NCBI GenBank assembly: GCA_951406725.2
Contig: OX597815.1
Span: 94,364,001 to 94,428,000, forward strand
DNA from: Octopus vulgaris
Lineage: Eukaryota
DNA length: 64,000 nt
Direction: 5' to 3'
In this document: piece by piece, positions 42,097 through 56,258 of the stretch
Layout: each line of letters begins with the position of its first letter
Numbering within the stretch: the stretch's first letter is position 1
Translations under genes and position numbers: made by a program
Notes under the pieces: model-generated
Told to the model about the DNA's origin: nothing
Database searches by the model: none
Seen by the model: the letters and a program-made list of their open reading frames with translations, nothing else

Positions 42097-42173
42097 AATT
42101 TGGGATCAACTGACCTGTTTCACAATTTTACTGTAACAGTAAAATTGTGAAACAGGTCAGTTGATCCCAAATT
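42097..42173. repeat. Perfect 38 bp inverted repeat with 1 nt spacer
   Basis: aatttgggatcaactgacctgtttcacaattttactgt-a-acagtaaaattgtgaaacaggtcagttgatcccaaatt. Confidence 0.97.
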
Positions 42174-42719
42174 GATTGTTATTACCGTAAAGTGGGCTTC
42201 TATTTGTCGAGGAAGGTCACGCGGTGTCGTAGTTTGATGTTGGTATATGGGTATGAGTTAGTTGGAAAATACCACATGGTGAACAGGAAATTGACCGCGT
42301 CGAAGACAGGAAATAGACCACGTAGCAGTTAGGAAATCGGTCAAGTTGTTGGAGGGAAAGTAGGAAGGGGCCGATATTTATAAGTATATAGTTGTATATG
42401 TGGGTATATAGACGCGCTCATATGGCTTTGTGTTCATGTGTGTATTGATGTGAGCGTGCGCATCTGTACATGGGCGGGTACGTGCACGTCCTCACGCACA
42501 CACACCATACACATGAACGAACACGCACATGCACACAGTACACACCTACACGCGCATACGCGCACATGCACACTGCGTGAGTATACAAAACAAGCGTTGG
42601 GGATTAGTAAGCGTTGGGAATTGGTAAGCATTGGGGATTGGTAATTGGTAGACCTGCTCATGGGTTGGTTGGTAGCGGTGAACTTGGTGCAGGCGGTGCT
42701 GCGTAGCAACTGGTGCTAA

Positions 42720-43358
42720 TGTGGTATATCCGGGTTGTCGGCAGTCAGTGCCCTGAAATTTGCCAGAAGTGCATACCACTGGTGACAGAAATAAGATAAA
42801 TCGTATTTCTTGATGATGGATACTGCGGGTTGTTGGAGAATATGCGGTTTTTCGCGGAGGCAGAGCTGGCAGTTGGGGGTGCCGCTTGAATATAGTGGGG
42901 CTCTGTCGCAATAGTCCACTTGATGCTGGGTGTTTCATCTCGGAGATCACGGAGTCTCCAGAGAGAACGAGACAGGGAAGTAGAGTTCTTTCTGTCCTAG
43001 ATCTGAACGAATGCATATGCTTGGAGTATCTTCCCTTGAAGTCATTAGCTGTCATACTTGTATAGTGCCTAGTAATACCATCGGATGGTCTAAGAGTGGC
43101 TCTGTATACTACGGCCCTTGAGAGGCCAGATTCTTCTAGAAGGTACGTGGTGGGGTTTCTGAGGTTGCAGGTTGGAGCAGAGGATGGGCCAGTGCAGTTT
43201 TACGTCTATTGATGCGTGCGATATTAGATGCAATGTTGTCTAAGCAGGAGTAGCTCATCTTGACATTATGAGGTTGAAGTGTTTGTAATACATATGACCT
43301 CTGGGGAAGTGTTTCTGAAATAGCGGCAGGAAGACCCTAGCTACGTTGGTCGGAACTT
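42720..43358 (-). mobile_element. Penelope-like element: linker plus GIY-YIG endonuclease remnant
   Basis: TNVARVFL..KHFPRGH, NVKMSYSCLDNI, AVVYRATL..RHYTSMTANDFKGRYSKHMHSFR, CQLCLREK..; matches the PLE C-terminal architecture, with frameshifts. Confidence 0.8.
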
Positions 43359-43369
43359 CTATATATATA

Positions 43370-43770
43370 GGTGCAGGTGTGGCTGTGTGGTAAGAAGCTT
43401 GCTTCCTAACTACTTGGTTCCGGGTTCAGTTCCACTGCGTGGCACAATGGGCGAGTGTCTTCTACTATAGCCTCAGGCCGTCCCAAAACTTGTGATTGGA
43501 TTTGGTGAACGGAATCTGAAAGAAGTCTGTCGTATATGTATACATTTATGAGTGGGTGTCTTTGTTTCTGTGTTTGTCCACCCCCATCACTGCTTTACAA
43601 CCGTTGTCGGTATGTGTACGCCCCCGAAACTTAGTAGTTCAGTTAAAGACAAAAATAGAATAAGTGGTAGGCTTAAAAAATAAGTCCTGGGGTCGATTTG
43701 TTCGACTAAAACCCCTCAATACGCTGCTTCAGCATGGCCACAGTCAAATGACTGAAGCAAGTAAAAGAAT
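43370..43770 (+). mobile_element. Full-length SINE family B
   Basis: gcaggtgtggctgtgtggtaagaagcttgcttcc..ggttccgggttcagttccactgcgtggca..; tail gactgaagcaagtaaaagaat followed by (TA)n. Confidence 0.85.
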
Positions 43771-43783
43771 ATACATACATATA

Positions 43784-43879
<96 letters not shown>

Positions 43880-44729
43880 TATATATATATACTGTTCATT
43901 AAAAGACGACATCTTAAAAGGAACTTTCCCGGAACGAAATATGGTAGCCGAAAAGCGTTTAAAAAAAAACTATATTAAGTATGTAACATTAATAATGTTT
44001 GCATTATTAGAGATACTTGTATCTCAAAATTTAATTTTATTTTACTTATTCAGCAGATAAATTTTACGCTTTCTATATATAAACCTCAGACCACCTATTC
44101 GAATTCGTTTCGAGGGTAACTTGAGTATATGGTGCCTATGAGTTGAAATAACAGCGGGGTATCGATATCGACCGATCTCATTTACCTACGGGGCGATTCG
44201 TTTCGCCTGGATTTGAGGTATACTGTTTTTTTTTTTTTTAACTCGTCGTCTTAAAGGGACTTTCCCAAGACAAAATACTGCAGCCGAAAAGCATTTAAAT
44301 AAAACTCATATGACATCAATAATTTTTGTATTCTTAGAGCTGTTTCTTACTCAAAAATGTAAACACACACACACACACACTTATATACACACACCACCAC
44401 CACCACCACCGCCACCACACACTCACACTCACACACCCACACACCCAAACACCCCTCCCACCACACATACACGACCACATGTCCCTTCCCACACATGTGT
44501 ATATGTATACATATATATGTGTGGGCGCATCTGTCCCTTCAAAATTCTTAATACTACGCTTTCCATATATTTTGTAACGACTCTTGCCCACTCGCTCTGA
44601 AATTTGTAAATGTGCTTTTTTCATATCTTACGTTATCTTTTCTTTCTCTGGCACTCTCAGTGTAAGTTGCGTATTGTAATGTATCGCTTCGAGCATTTGT
44701 GTCCAATAAACAAAGATTGTTATTATAAT

Positions 44730-44942
<213 letters not shown>

Positions 44943-45630
44943 CTGTTATTGTTGTAATAGTTGTAATAGCAATCATTACATTCTACCGAAAGTCGTGTAT
45001 TTGCAGTTGTTTTGTTACACACCTTTTCATTCGCGTGTCAATACTCGAGGGTCTGCCTTTAACTGAAATTGGGTAAAAGCAGAGATTTTTTTTTGATTTT
45101 ATTATGAAGCTTTCATCAGAATATGAAGATAATAATGGAAATGAACACTGGTAATCGTTTCAATCGGAATGATTAATAACATGTCTTTAAAAAAGCTATG
45201 AGCTAAATAGCACTTCTATGGATGAGCACCTGTAGCTAGAGAAAGCATTTATCCTTCCTTTATCATTACCACTTCCTCACATGTAGAGATAGGGGAACAT
45301 ATAGAATCGATATATATTGTAGCGCACACACAAATATGTATTCAAATGTGATTATGTGATTGTAAATAAAAATACATATTTATATGTATGTGTGTATATA
45401 TGTACACCTGTATGTATATATGTTTATGTATAAATATACATAGATACGCACACACAAGTGCGCACGCACACATACATATACATACATATATGTGCGTGTA
45501 TGTACTGAAACACGCACATACACACATGCACATACACGCACATATATGGTTCAGTCTAAAGATCTACCTATCTCTTTCTATCCTCCTATCTTTGTATTTG
45601 TCAATTTATCTAAGTATCTATCATCTATCG

Positions 45631-45704
<74 letters not shown>

Positions 45705-45724
45705 ATATCTATCTACCTATCTAA

Positions 45725-45759
<35 letters not shown>

Positions 45760-48757
45760 CGATATGTTCAATGTTACAATTTATTCAAACACTTAACCTT
45801 TCGTTGATGTTAGTCTAAGCATATGTATATTTGCTTGCATGCGCATATGTATATATATATGTGTGTGTGTGTGTGTTTTGTGTGTGTGTATGTGTGTGTA
45901 TGTTTCTCTGTCTGATATAAATATACGATTATACATGCAGGAATGTTAGGTGTTTGTATGTTTAGATGCGAGCGTGAAAGTGTCCATGTAAGTGTGTACC
46001 GTATGCCATTCTAAACCTTTGATACAATTATCAAGTAACCTTTTGAGTGAAAAGTTAAAGTTTCGTAATGTCAATCTACTTTGCAGAGTCATTGCACAAG
46101 TGTAGTTCTAAGGAAACACCTACGACAATAATCCAAAATGTTGTAACCATTGTCCGTAAAAGAAACTACCATTGCTTCAACGAAAACATGTTAGCTTTCG
46201 ATAAATGTCACGATACTCTGTGTATGTTTTGTATAGAGCCTTGGAACTTGTTATAATGAAGATAGAATTGAGTTAGTTTTGAGCGTGACGCTTATATAAA
46301 CCGTTCCACAGTTTGTCCTTGGAATAATTCTTTTCATTCACTCACGAATACAGGTTTTAAGTATTTGAATGGAACGTTCTACAAATAAAGAATGTTTCTA
46401 TTTCCAGGAATATTTTATTGAGATGATTTGAAATTATAATTTTAATCAAAGAGTTTTAATTCATTCAGCTAATTGCAGATGCATGGAATTAAAATATCTG
46501 AATTTTTCCTTTCGGCGGAAAGTTGAGTATTGTAATTTTGTTTTAATTGTAGGTGGTTCATGTGAGTAAGAAGGGAATTTGCCTTGAGGAAGCTTCTCAT
46601 GCAAGATGATGTCAGTGAGGTTAATTTTTTAGATTTATCATTGGAATATCGGTCGTGGAAACGAACATATGGACTGATATAGAAACAGGAAATATTTTGA
46701 GATTAAGAATTTTGTTTCACAATCGCATGCTAATCTCTCAATCGGTTGGAGGCTACCATCACCCTTCTACTCTGCTCAAGCATTAAGAACAGATCTCAGG
46801 TCAGAGGTTAACATTGGAGTCGTAGTGTTTTCTCCCTTTCTTTCTAGATGTTTCTAAGTGAACGCAAAATGGTGCTCCTGATTAATTCATAGAAATAAAG
46901 AAGATTTGCTCTTAGCGGGACGATTTTAAATATAAGGTCTTGAATGTAACCAGTAATGAGTATGTTAGAAAAATATATAAAAAAGGAGGAGAGCATTTGT
47001 TGGATTCTGAAGAAGTGTTATAAAGCCGTTGATTTGAGAGGAACAAAGAGTGCTATGGTAATGATTTTGTATGTAACCAGTACATTAAGAAGAACAGATA
47101 AAAATATGCTGATAATGTATATAACCAATAAAGTCAGAGAAACTAATATGACTTAGTAATGATCTACAGTAACCCTGCTGTTTGTAACCAGTAAATATAG
47201 ACAAACACTATATGGTAATGATGTAATCAGTAAATTCAAAGGAACAAAGTGTGTTATAACAACTATTGAAGAGGCAGAAGCAAAGTAGAGTACAATGTTT
47301 AGAATGTGCTTGCTTTGTGTAGCTTCAACCAAATTAGTGATGATATTGCTTATACAAGTCTGTAGCAAGCTTTTGATTCCTACTCATATCTAATCTACTT
47401 TTCCTACCCAGTTTTATAAATTAGGTATAAACTTCAACGACTTTCATTTTCTAAAAAATTTCATACAAACCTATGTGCCATTTAACTCATGTAAATGATC
47501 GTTACACGTGCAAGAGACTTGTATTAAGAAGCTGATATTTATATTTAAAAAAAAAAGAATCTTGAAGTGGTGAAAAAACACAAAAACACGAGAAACAATA
47601 TAACTTTCCATTTAGAGTTGTGGCTGTTGTTATTCTAGTTTAGACACACGTCATCTCTGATTCATAGAACCTATGTTCAAAAGCTTTTCTTTCATTGTCA
47701 TTTTAAAAGTATGTAGAGCAAAACTGTATTATCTAATGTATTCTAGCCACCTTTTAAGCCGTTAAGGCGTGATCTGAGGGAGATTTGACTGCTATTTCTA
47801 CAAGTTTGGGCGATCATACAGAGATTCCTTTGCTGGTTCTACTTCCTTTAGGCATCATAGGTTACATATTTAGAATGCAGTCTATAACTGCATGATTTAA
47901 TAACCATAAACGCAAAGAAAAATTAGCAGAGGCACATGTTTCGAATCAGATATAGCAGTCTTTGAATATATGTGTGTTCAGAGCCAAATGGAGCAATATC
48001 AATAAAAGAATAACTAGTTTGTGTATATGAAATACGTGCTTCCCCTAAATGTAAGGCAATAATAGTGAATATCTGTCTTGAAAGACAGTTGTAATTACAC
48101 GGACGTGAGTGTAAATTGTAAGAAACTAATAAAATGGTGGAAATGATTGCTATGGAAGTTCTCTAAGCACCACTCACAGACGTCGCCTTTGTGCAGTATA
48201 TCTAGTGAATGAAAGTCATTCATTTTACAGCGTTGCCATTCATAGCTCCTTTATCGTAGCGAAACCGCTTAGCGCATCTATTAATCCAGCTATTTCAAGT
48301 AAATTTACAAGAGTTGATCGTTGCAATATTCCCAACAGACAAGTATGGAGCGTGGATGACTAAAGGGAAGAAACGAAATAAACTACAATAAAGGTTTATG
48401 CAATGCTATTAACTTTGGCATTTTCTCTTTTTACTCGGTCATTCTTTTATTATCTTCAGTCGTTAGGCTATGGCCATGTTAGAGTACCACCATGGGAGAA
48501 GAAGGTTTAGTCGATCTAATAAGCCCTTGGTACTTGACTGGTACATATTTTAATGTTTCTAGAAGAATAAACCAGAAAACTGAAACTGGCAGGATTTGAA
48601 CGTAGACCGTATACTTACATAACCAACCGCAAAACGCTTAGTCGGTCTTCTATCGCTTTACTCATTTGTTCGCCGCTGCGCTTCTACTGCTATGTTGTTG
48701 TACTACACTGAAACAAGGACAGCCAGGAAAACAACAAATTGCTCTGGGTGAAACAAT

Positions 48758-48852
<95 letters not shown>

Positions 48853-48889
48853 GTAGTAGTAGTAGTAGTGACCACACTTATATCCACCT

Positions 48890-48924
<35 letters not shown>

Positions 48925-50437
48925 CAATAAATATACCATTATATTTTCTACACTGATCCTGTGCGTGACAATTCAATATTATAACTATTGACCAGAAAAC
49001 TACATCAGTAACTTACAGTTATTCATTTGTTAATAGAATGGGAGATAAAATGTTTATGTCGTTTACAACGAACAGAGTTGAAAAGGTGTAGGGCATTAAT
49101 TCAAAGTTTTCATTAGGGATACTTTATCACCCGAATACAATTTATTTTTTATTTCAAAGAAGTGGGTCATTGCCGATAGTCTTGTTGGTCATTTAGCTTA
49201 GAAGTGAGATATAATTTACAGAAACTGATATTCGGTTTCGACTGCGAGAAGTTAATGTGATAGTAAAGAGCTTAAGGCAAAGAGTTTAAATGGATGGGAA
49301 TGTTTCTTAAGTAATTTAAAACAGAAATATTCAAAGGTAGTGGTATAGCAACAGCTATATAGAGGGATGATTTAAACTAGAAGGCATTTTCTTTTCTAAA
49401 CGTTATATTTATGTATTCAGTGCTAAAGATAATCGAATCATTCATTTAATATTGGCACATGGTCAGCAATTACGAGGGATGGCAAACGTCAATCATATCG
49501 ACCCTTGTGTTGAATTGATGGTAGCTATTTTATCGACGACGAAAGGAACGTCGACCTCGGTGGTTTTTGAATTTAGAACGAAAATACAGAAGAAATGCCG
49601 CTAAGCATTTTGTCCGGCGTGCTAACGTCTTACACTCATTTAATATTATAGATTATTTATCATCACTTATTCGCTGTAACTTTTAACTATGTTCTACGTC
49701 TATTAATGTATTCAGGTAAAATGATCACTAATATCATTTATCTATATTTACTATACCATCTTTCAAACTGAAGTTCATTTTTATCTACTCCCATTTCTAC
49801 CAAACCGGCTTTAATACCAAATGTTCTTCCTCTTGTATCTTTACACCACATTATGCTTAATCTTTAATCAATAATCTTCCCCTCGTTCCCGTTTCCATGT
49901 ATTCATTTATCGTCATAATCTTCCTTAACGTTTATGTCAACCTGAAAGGTAGCCATTTAGCATATTTAACATATCTCCTTTGTCATCAGCTAATGTCTGT
50001 TGGAAAGCTACCGTACTCACTTTAATAAGAATATCTTCAAACATTCTGTCTTAGATCCTTGACTTTAGAATCCTACAACACTTGCCTTCACGCTTCAATA
50101 TTTTTTCAGACTCTTGTTTGGTTAATGGTTTGTCGACATATGTTCCACTCAACTGTGGTTTACAAATGGCGGAAGTTAAGCCTTCTTTTTGTTCTCGTGT
50201 CGCTGCCGCTGCTGCTGCACATGGATATCCTAGACTGCATCAAGAAATGGGTCACTGGACGGATTGACATAAAGTTACTCACAGACACACTCTATATTCT
50301 GGCGTACAGGTGGCATGCTTCTCTTTGCCTTTTTTCTTCTTCTTCTTCTTCTTCTTCTTCTTCTTCTTCTTCTTCTTCTTCTTCTTCTTCTTCTTCTTCT
50401 TCTTCTTCTTCTTCTTCTTCTTCTTCTTCTTCTTCTT

Positions 50438-50499
<62 letters not shown>

Positions 50500-51120
50500 G
50501 TTATAAGATTGGCCCTTCGGAGCAGTCTGGGTTCATGCCGCTTACAGTTAAGCACTTCAATCGTACTTCTTTCTCCCATCATCGTTGTTCGATTCAAATC
50601 ACTAGGCCCCGTGTAGAACGCACAATTCTACCTTCTAAGAACGTCGGCGTTCTTGAATCCCGCCCCCCTGGTCATATCATTCCAGTAGGTATTGACTTAC
50701 ACAATGTTAGGGGGAACATTAACAGCGTCAATATTACCCGTCTAAAAGATCCTGTACAACCGAGGGCATTACTCCTTCGTCCTGATCTAGCAATACACAA
50801 AGTTCTTTCATACTATTACTTTATTAATTTTCTTTAATCGTCTTACTCTTCGATAATTAAAAAAAAGACGAAACTGATATATTGTACATTTAAAATTTTT
50901 TTCTTGACTTACCTCACCATTAACAACAAGCACTTAGAAGTATAACTTTAATATGTTGTATGTATGTATGTATGTATGTATGTATGTATGTATGTATGTA
51001 TGTATGTATGTATGTATGTATGTATGTATGTATGTATGTGTGTATGCATGCATGCATGTATGTATGTATGTATGTATGTATGTATGTATGTATGTATGTA
51101 TGTATGTATGTATGTGTGTA

Positions 51121-54010
51121 TGTCGCTATTCAGTTTATTTCAAGATTTCTGGCCAATAGAGAAAGAATCGTTTTCTAACCTAGATCCAAGGCTCCTTCAT
51201 TGGAATTTCAACATCAACAACAGGGTATTTTTGTATGTATGTATGTATGTATGTATGTGCAGATTTGTATATTTCATGTATGCATTCTCATGCATATAGT
51301 TGCATATATAGACATACTTATATATATTTAAATGATGAACTTCTGGAAAATTTTACTAATTTTTACAGTTCCAGTGATGGATTAGATCTGTAGTCTACGA
51401 ATTACTTTTCTCCTTTCTGATTTTGAGAAGCCTAATTTTTCAAGATTGGCATCTAGGCAGTGTGTTACATACCCAAGGGCTTCAATAATTACAGGTATAA
51501 ACCTGAACTTGTAATCTGGATAGAGTATCTGCAGATTTCTCAATAGTTCAGCATAGGTGTTCTCTTTTTCACTGATCATCAGCTTTACGTTAACATCTGC
51601 TGGGCAGCTAATTTCCACAACTGTGCACAGTTTCTCTTCTCTATCCCAAATCTGTTGCGCTTACATTTTATTGAGGTCTTCACTGGTACATTCCACTACT
51701 ATTCCTTTTTATTATGAATTGCTATGGCTTCTATCATATTGTGGGGTCTTATTTCTTTGTCCTCGGGATTATCCTTCCGACGGATTTCCTTATAGAGTGG
51801 TGTCTTAACTGCAACATCATGTCTCATCGGTAGATACTACCGTGATGACATTTTCGGACTACTGCTTATGATGTGGGTGATGTCTTCAGTGTGAACTCCA
51901 CAAAGTCTGCATCGGTTGTGACATTTTACGGCTTTCCCCGCTTCTGTATCCCTTTTGTGCATCAGGTACTTGGTTGATATTTCCTTTCCCTAGACTGTAA
52001 ACACATACTCTTCAAAGTGGGAAGTACTAATCCGGCTATTGGTCCATGATAAACGGCTTAATGATCGATGTTACTATCATCACAGAACTTTCTACTGACA
52101 TATCTATGCATAGGATTCTGCTCATATAGGCTGATCTTTTCATCTGATGATACTTTGCGGTAGAGTCATGCGACTTTTTGGGGCATGTATTCTAGGTTAC
52201 CAGACAAAGAGTGTTGCTCAAGGAGTTGCCTTCTGAATCTTATGATTTTATCAGCCACATGTATGCAAACTTGGCCAAGGGATGCACTTGGACACTTGGT
52301 GGTTAAAGGATATGGCTGCAGGGATATGATACGATATTCAAAGGCAGTTTGGATCGATGTTAAGCCTCTTCCGTCTTGTTTTCGTTTTAGGTTGTTGTTG
52401 TGGAAATTATGTATGCTGGTTAGTATCGTTCGGGTTTTCACATCAACGGCTCGGATATCATCAAGTATCCAATAAAGCAGCCCAAATGTTGGTGTAAGTA
52501 CTTGCACTGAAAACACATTGTGGGCCACTGTTTTAATGAATGCAGAAAGTTTTTCGATACTGTATTCTATCGGTGATAATACAGTAACTCTTTGTGTTTA
52601 ATTTCAAGATGGTGGCCCACGATGAGGTCAGGTCAGCTATGGCATTGACTATTCACATTGGAACTTTAGCAACTTGAAGGACGTCTAGCACTCATGAATG
52701 GGGAACAGAGTCAAATGCTTTCTTGTAGTCTGACCACATTAAAACTAAGCTCCTCCTATGCTCTCGCACCTCAGACATCACAGTTTTGTTGATTAACAAT
52801 TGCTCGTTACATCCCCAAACCCCCCTCTTCTCAGCTGCTTGTTCTGCTGTGATAATGTTATTGATTTCTCAGTGGTCCAGGAGAAAGAGGTTTAAACATG
52901 CTGTATATATCTTATACATTAAGTTCTGGCATGCAATTAACCAGTAGTTTTTTGCCATGTGGGTGGTTCTGCATTTGGGGATCAATTTTGTCTCTGCTAG
53001 AGGTAACCAGTGTGGTATCCTACTGTTCCCAATGAAAGCTTGCTGGTACAGATTGATAATATATTGTCGGAAGAATGTTAGCTTCTTGTACCAATATCCA
53101 GCAATCAAGTCTCTTTCAGGTCCTTTTCCATCCTGGAGTTTCTAGATCACAATTGCAAGAGTTTTACCATCAATGTTGTATGTCTTAGATGTAACGCAGG
53201 AACAATAACTTTTTTGTTTTCTTCCAACCACAGAGTATCTTGGTTAAATTCCTTCTTTTCACTCTAGATTTTCTTCCAGAAGCAGTCTATGTCTTCCCGT
53301 GAAGGAGCCTCCGTGATGTTTACTGCCCCTCCTCTCATGTCTCTGTATACTGCTGCCTGGTTGCGGTTAAATTATTTGTTTATTGTTCTTCTCTCGGTTA
53401 TTCTCTTCTGATGCCGGAGTTATTCACTAACAGCTTTTAGCTACTGCTTGAGGGTAATCAACTTTCTATTAGTGGGATGTATAGTGATTTGCTTGTTTAC
53501 ATGCAATAAGGATCATTACATGACTGATCGTCTTCCGTAAACCAGTTATCTTTTTCTCTGTCTTCAAAGCCCATGATGGTACTTTCTTTGTTATTTCAGT
53601 TTTGTTTACTTTTTGAATATCATTCATGTACTGTTTTAAAGTAGTGGCCTGAGCATATAGACAGGAATTAATCTGCCAGTATGTAAATTCATCACACTGT
53701 TGTAAATACTCATCAATAATTTCATTTAAAGCTTTTAATACCGTGTCTGGTCGTTTTTTTTACTTATTTCGGTAGAGAATATTCTCTCCCAGAGAGAATA
53801 CTTCAAATCCAAAGTTATATTTCCTCGGAAAATTTCATCGGTATATAATCCTGACTACCACTACTATTACTACTGTAGTCGTTGCGGTTATGTCTGCTAT
53901 TTATCATAGTCGTAGTAGGGGGACAGTGGTTAGTTACTTGAGCCAGTAATGTAGTTTGGCTGGCAGGCACTATGGAATCTTTTGGAATGTCGCTAGCTGC
54001 GAAACCACGT
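51121..54010 (-). mobile_element. R4/Dong-like RLE LINE with internal deletions, 3' end abutting (CATA)n
   Basis: GYWYKKL..TKLIPK..AKNYWLIAC.N.MYKIYT; WSDYKKAFDSVPH; RKQDGRGLTSI; CRLC..HI; EISCPAD..EK..Y..L..IPVII.ALG. The 5' boundary is approximate. Confidence 0.85.
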
Positions 54011-55847
54011 AGTAGTCTTATATCATTTACATTTTCGTTTTTGTTTATAAAGTTGGGATCTAGTTTTTATTTTCATTCGCAAAATGCATTTTTTAAAAGA
54101 CAGTAAAAAATCTGAAAATCGGCTATAATGAAGGTATGATGTGGTGGGGAAAAAAATTGGAGAAAGAAGTTACAGAGGTTTAAAAATCGAAAAACTGTAT
54201 ATTTTTATTCCAATAGCGAGACAAAAATTTTCTGCGTTTAGTGAAGCAGTGTCAACTTTAAGGTTGTACCCTGTGAAATTTAGAGTTTAGCGTCTGACCT
54301 GTTCATGTAGGTTTCTAAATAAACAGAAATACCTAATAAAATCAACATATACCATCTTACTGTTTCTTTTCTTCATTGATAATATGGTTTTATTATTTTT
54401 AAAATTTGTGATATTAATATATTTGTCTGCATGTGTTTACTTTATGCATATTTCAGTATTATGTATACCTGTCGTGTATTTGTCTACATCATTAATATAT
54501 AAGTGCATGTGGATGTATGTATTCATATATAAGCTTACATGTACATTTATGCAGTCATGTGTGTGTGTCATGTGAAGGGGGCATATGTTTCCAAAACTCC
54601 AAAGTTGAGTAACGTTTTCATGCTAGGATTTGTAAACTATGATAAGAATATCAGTGGTCAACAAAGAATTTGTCCCTAGGAAAAGAATACCTGTATCTCA
54701 TATGTTTTTGCATGCAGAATTCAAAAATAATATCAAATTATCTCTATTACCCACAGTTTCTCTGTTCCACGAGATCCCTCTCAGTTCCTGTTGAGTGGGT
54801 TAAATTTCAGTTAAGCTGTTGAAATGTGACGCTAACGGTTTAAGAAATACTCCTAATTAAAAATCCTAAATCCAGCTGAGTCAATGAGTCCCCAAAATAT
54901 ATGAAATAAAAAATATGTAAAAATACTAACACACAGAAAAACCCCCACAGAAAAATATGTATTATACTAACACAGAAAAGTTAAGACAAAACACGCGAGT
55001 GAAAGGAATCTCGTGGTGTGAAGAATTAAGTGTGAAAAATCAATATAGAGAACAGCGGCACAGACAACAGTTAACCACAATACAGCGTGTGGTTGTCATG
55101 GTAACAAGCTGCTAATGCCACGTGTCTGCTGATTGGCTAAAATTACCCAAATTTCTCAACTTTAATGCCAAATAATAATCCGATTCTTTAATTTACTAGA
55201 TAAAGTAATTGGTTGATCGTAATCAAAATTCAGAGTTGCATCGTTACACCAAAATTGAAAGCAATCTGGGCAAACTTAAGTGGGGCTCATTTTGTGAATG
55301 AGAAAGAGTAGATCCTAGAGTTGGGAAGAAAGTTAAATTTAGATTTGTTAATAAAGTTACAGTAGTTAACCTTCTTTCTATGTTCTACAAACGTTGCATG
55401 TTGGCGTAGATGCCTCGCAGTAAAATGATTTAATTCCGGATGCAAATAGATCATTATTCAATTCATAACTCCAAGAGAAATGAGTTTTGTAGTTACGGTT
55501 TCTTCTATAACTGCAGCTAGAAAGAAATTGTTAACCTGTTGAGCTGTTGTTTTCGTTCTGTTCCTCGATTGTGTTGTTGATGTTGTGTCTAGCCATGTTG
55601 TTTGTAGCAACTCTCTGCATGCTATATACAACTTTCATTCGAAAATCACTACGATCGTAAATAAAAGGCCCCTCCGTTAATTCATCTGAAGATTAACCAG
55701 TTACTTAACAAGGGTGATGGTTGTGGCTCCAAAGTTGGAGATAGTATTCATTGTATTTTCGATAGTCTCCTACGCCAAATACGCGACTTGTCGCTTCAAG
55801 TGTATGCATGTATGTGTATTTTTGCTTGCGGGTGAAAGTAAGAATGG

Positions 55848-55922
<75 letters not shown>

Positions 55923-56014
55923 GGAGAGTTCAAGAAAAAAAACCCAAAAGACGAAGACAGGCGGTGTAGAAAACAAACAGATGTATTAGTATAACGCTCA
56001 GGAATTGAAAAAGT

Positions 56015-56050
56015 CTTTTACGTTTCAAGCCTACGCTCTTCTACAGAAAG
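56015..56050 (-). ncRNA. Hammerhead-like motif (A6U core variant) inside a TA-flanked insert (55920-56126)
   Basis: Minus strand cttt-CTGTAGA-a-gagc gtag gctt-GAAAC GTA-aaag: stems I and II pair, loopless stem III, GUA triplet; position 6 deviates from consensus. Confidence 0.5.
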
Positions 56051-56134
56051 GGACACAGAAAAAAACAAGGAGAGAAACAAGGAGAGAAGAAAATGTGTGT
56101 AGTGGCTACCGATCTATCATGGCGATCTATCATA

Positions 56135-56164
<30 letters not shown>

Positions 56165-56172
<8 letters not shown>

Positions 56173-56188
56173 GATGTATGAATATATA

Positions 56189-56234
<46 letters not shown>

Positions 56235-56258
56235 TATATATTCATACATCCATACATA
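56165..56258. repeat. Perfect 94 bp palindrome centred on (TA)19
   Basis: tatgtatggatgtatgaatatatacgca-(TA)19-tgcgtatatattcatacatccatacata. Confidence 0.97.

Noticed and set aside
43910-44360. Diverged ~110 bp direct repeat pair (also the ~165 bp-period duplication at 18570-18850)
   Set aside because: Real but ordinary old local duplications; no termini or function can be inferred.
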